Made by a program: the position numbers and the translations under genes. Below are positions 63,312 to 64,000 of a DNA stretch of 64,000 nt, piece after piece. The stretch comes from an uncultured Chthonomonadaceae bacterium. GTDB taxonomy: Bacteria; Armatimonadota; Chthonomonadetes; Chthonomonadales; Chthonomonadaceae. The notes below the pieces were generated by a model, which was not told where the DNA came from, did no database searches, and was given only the letters and a program-made list of their open reading frames with translations. The stretch covers positions 1,152,001-1,216,000 of the forward strand of contig CAWFQB010000001.1 in the NCBI GenBank assembly GCA_963817895.1. The letters are read 5' to 3'. Every line of letters begins with the position of its first letter. Positions within the stretch are counted from its first letter, which is position 1.

Positions 63312-64000
63312 ATGCCGCATGATACTGCTGAACCGGAACAAACAGGCGGGACACAATTCCTGACGTTTGGCCCCGAACTGCTGCGTAACCCAGAGGAGTC
63401 ATTATGCCGCGAGTGGCTGGCAACGAACGGATTGGGCGGCTATGCGTCGTCTTCACTGGCGACTGCCAACACGCGCCGCTATCATGGCCTGCTCGTCGCC
63501 TCCCTGCATCCGCCGTGTGGCCGCGCCGTCCTGCTGTCAAAATTGGAAGAAACCCTGACGGTTACGGACGCGCAGGGGATGGAAACCGCGTACGCGCTGT
63601 CAGCAAACATCTACCCCGGCGCAATTTATCCGCAGGGCTACGCGATGCTTCAGGAATGGAGCGCGTCCCCCAACCCGACATGGACATGGCAGCCCGCGCC
63701 CAATCTCCGCTTTACAAAATCAATCCGAATGGCGCAGGGCGAGAATACCACAGTTATTACGTACCGCCTGCTGCAAGCCCCGGACAACGCTTCTGTCCGC
63801 CTGTCCCTCGTCCCCCTGCTCGCGTGGCGCGATTACCACAGCGAAATGATTGCCTGCGACTTCCGCCCTGATACTACATGGGACGCTTCCACTCTGCAAT
63901 TGCAGTTGCCGCCAATCGAGCGCGTCACGTCCGCGCCTACAACCCTTTACCTTCATCTGACGGATGAGAGTGGCGATCCACTTTCCGATACGCGCTTTGA
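63312..64000 (+). CDS. Glycogen debranching enzyme (amylo-alpha-1,6-glucosidase) N-terminus, runs off the window
   Basis: Manual translation from ATG 63312: ..REWLATNGLGGYASSS..NTRRYHGLLVA..PP..R.VLLSKLEE. Not in the ORF track. Confidence 0.88.
   Translation, partial: MPHDTAEPEQTGGTQFLTFGPELLRNPEESLCREWLATNGLGGYASSSLATANTRRYHGLLVASLHPPCGRAVLLSKLEETLTVTDAQGMETAYALSANIYPGAIYPQGYAMLQEWSASPNPTWTWQPAPNLRFTKSIRMAQGENTTVITYRLLQAPDNASVRLSLVPLLAWRDYHSEMIACDFRPDTTWDASTLQLQLPPIERVTSAPTTLYLHLTDESGDPLSDTRF

Overview
Bacterial chromosomal window, GC-rich. PEP-CTERM proteins, planctomycete-type DUF1501/DUF1549/DUF1553/DUF1552/DUF1592 clusters and BTAD or cyclase STAND-TPR proteins suggest an Armatimonadota-like organism (inference). 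It holds a housekeeping block (rarA-lipB-tig-clpP-clpX), a nitrate assimilation cluster, a tricorn protease, a secreted glycoside hydrolase, flavin oxidoreductases, two IS elements (IS5-type, IS3-type), two TA-like pairs, an EEP nuclease two-gene module and an AT-rich SIR2-NACHT gene broken by an IS3, a MITE and an indel. Many long genes carry single-base frameshifts, probably long-read assembly errors. The most striking unexplained signal is a layer of small repeats. (i) A covarying three-hairpin motif with an invariant ACCCGTCTGAGT core occurs three times inside MITE-like shells with two unrelated TIR types and TAA flanks. (ii) One TIR shell carries different hairpin cargos. (iii) Palindromic elements and heptamer arrays are translated in frame inside proteins. 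No rRNA, tRNA, CRISPR array or reverse transcriptase was seen. Family assignments come from motif recognition by eye, not from database searches.
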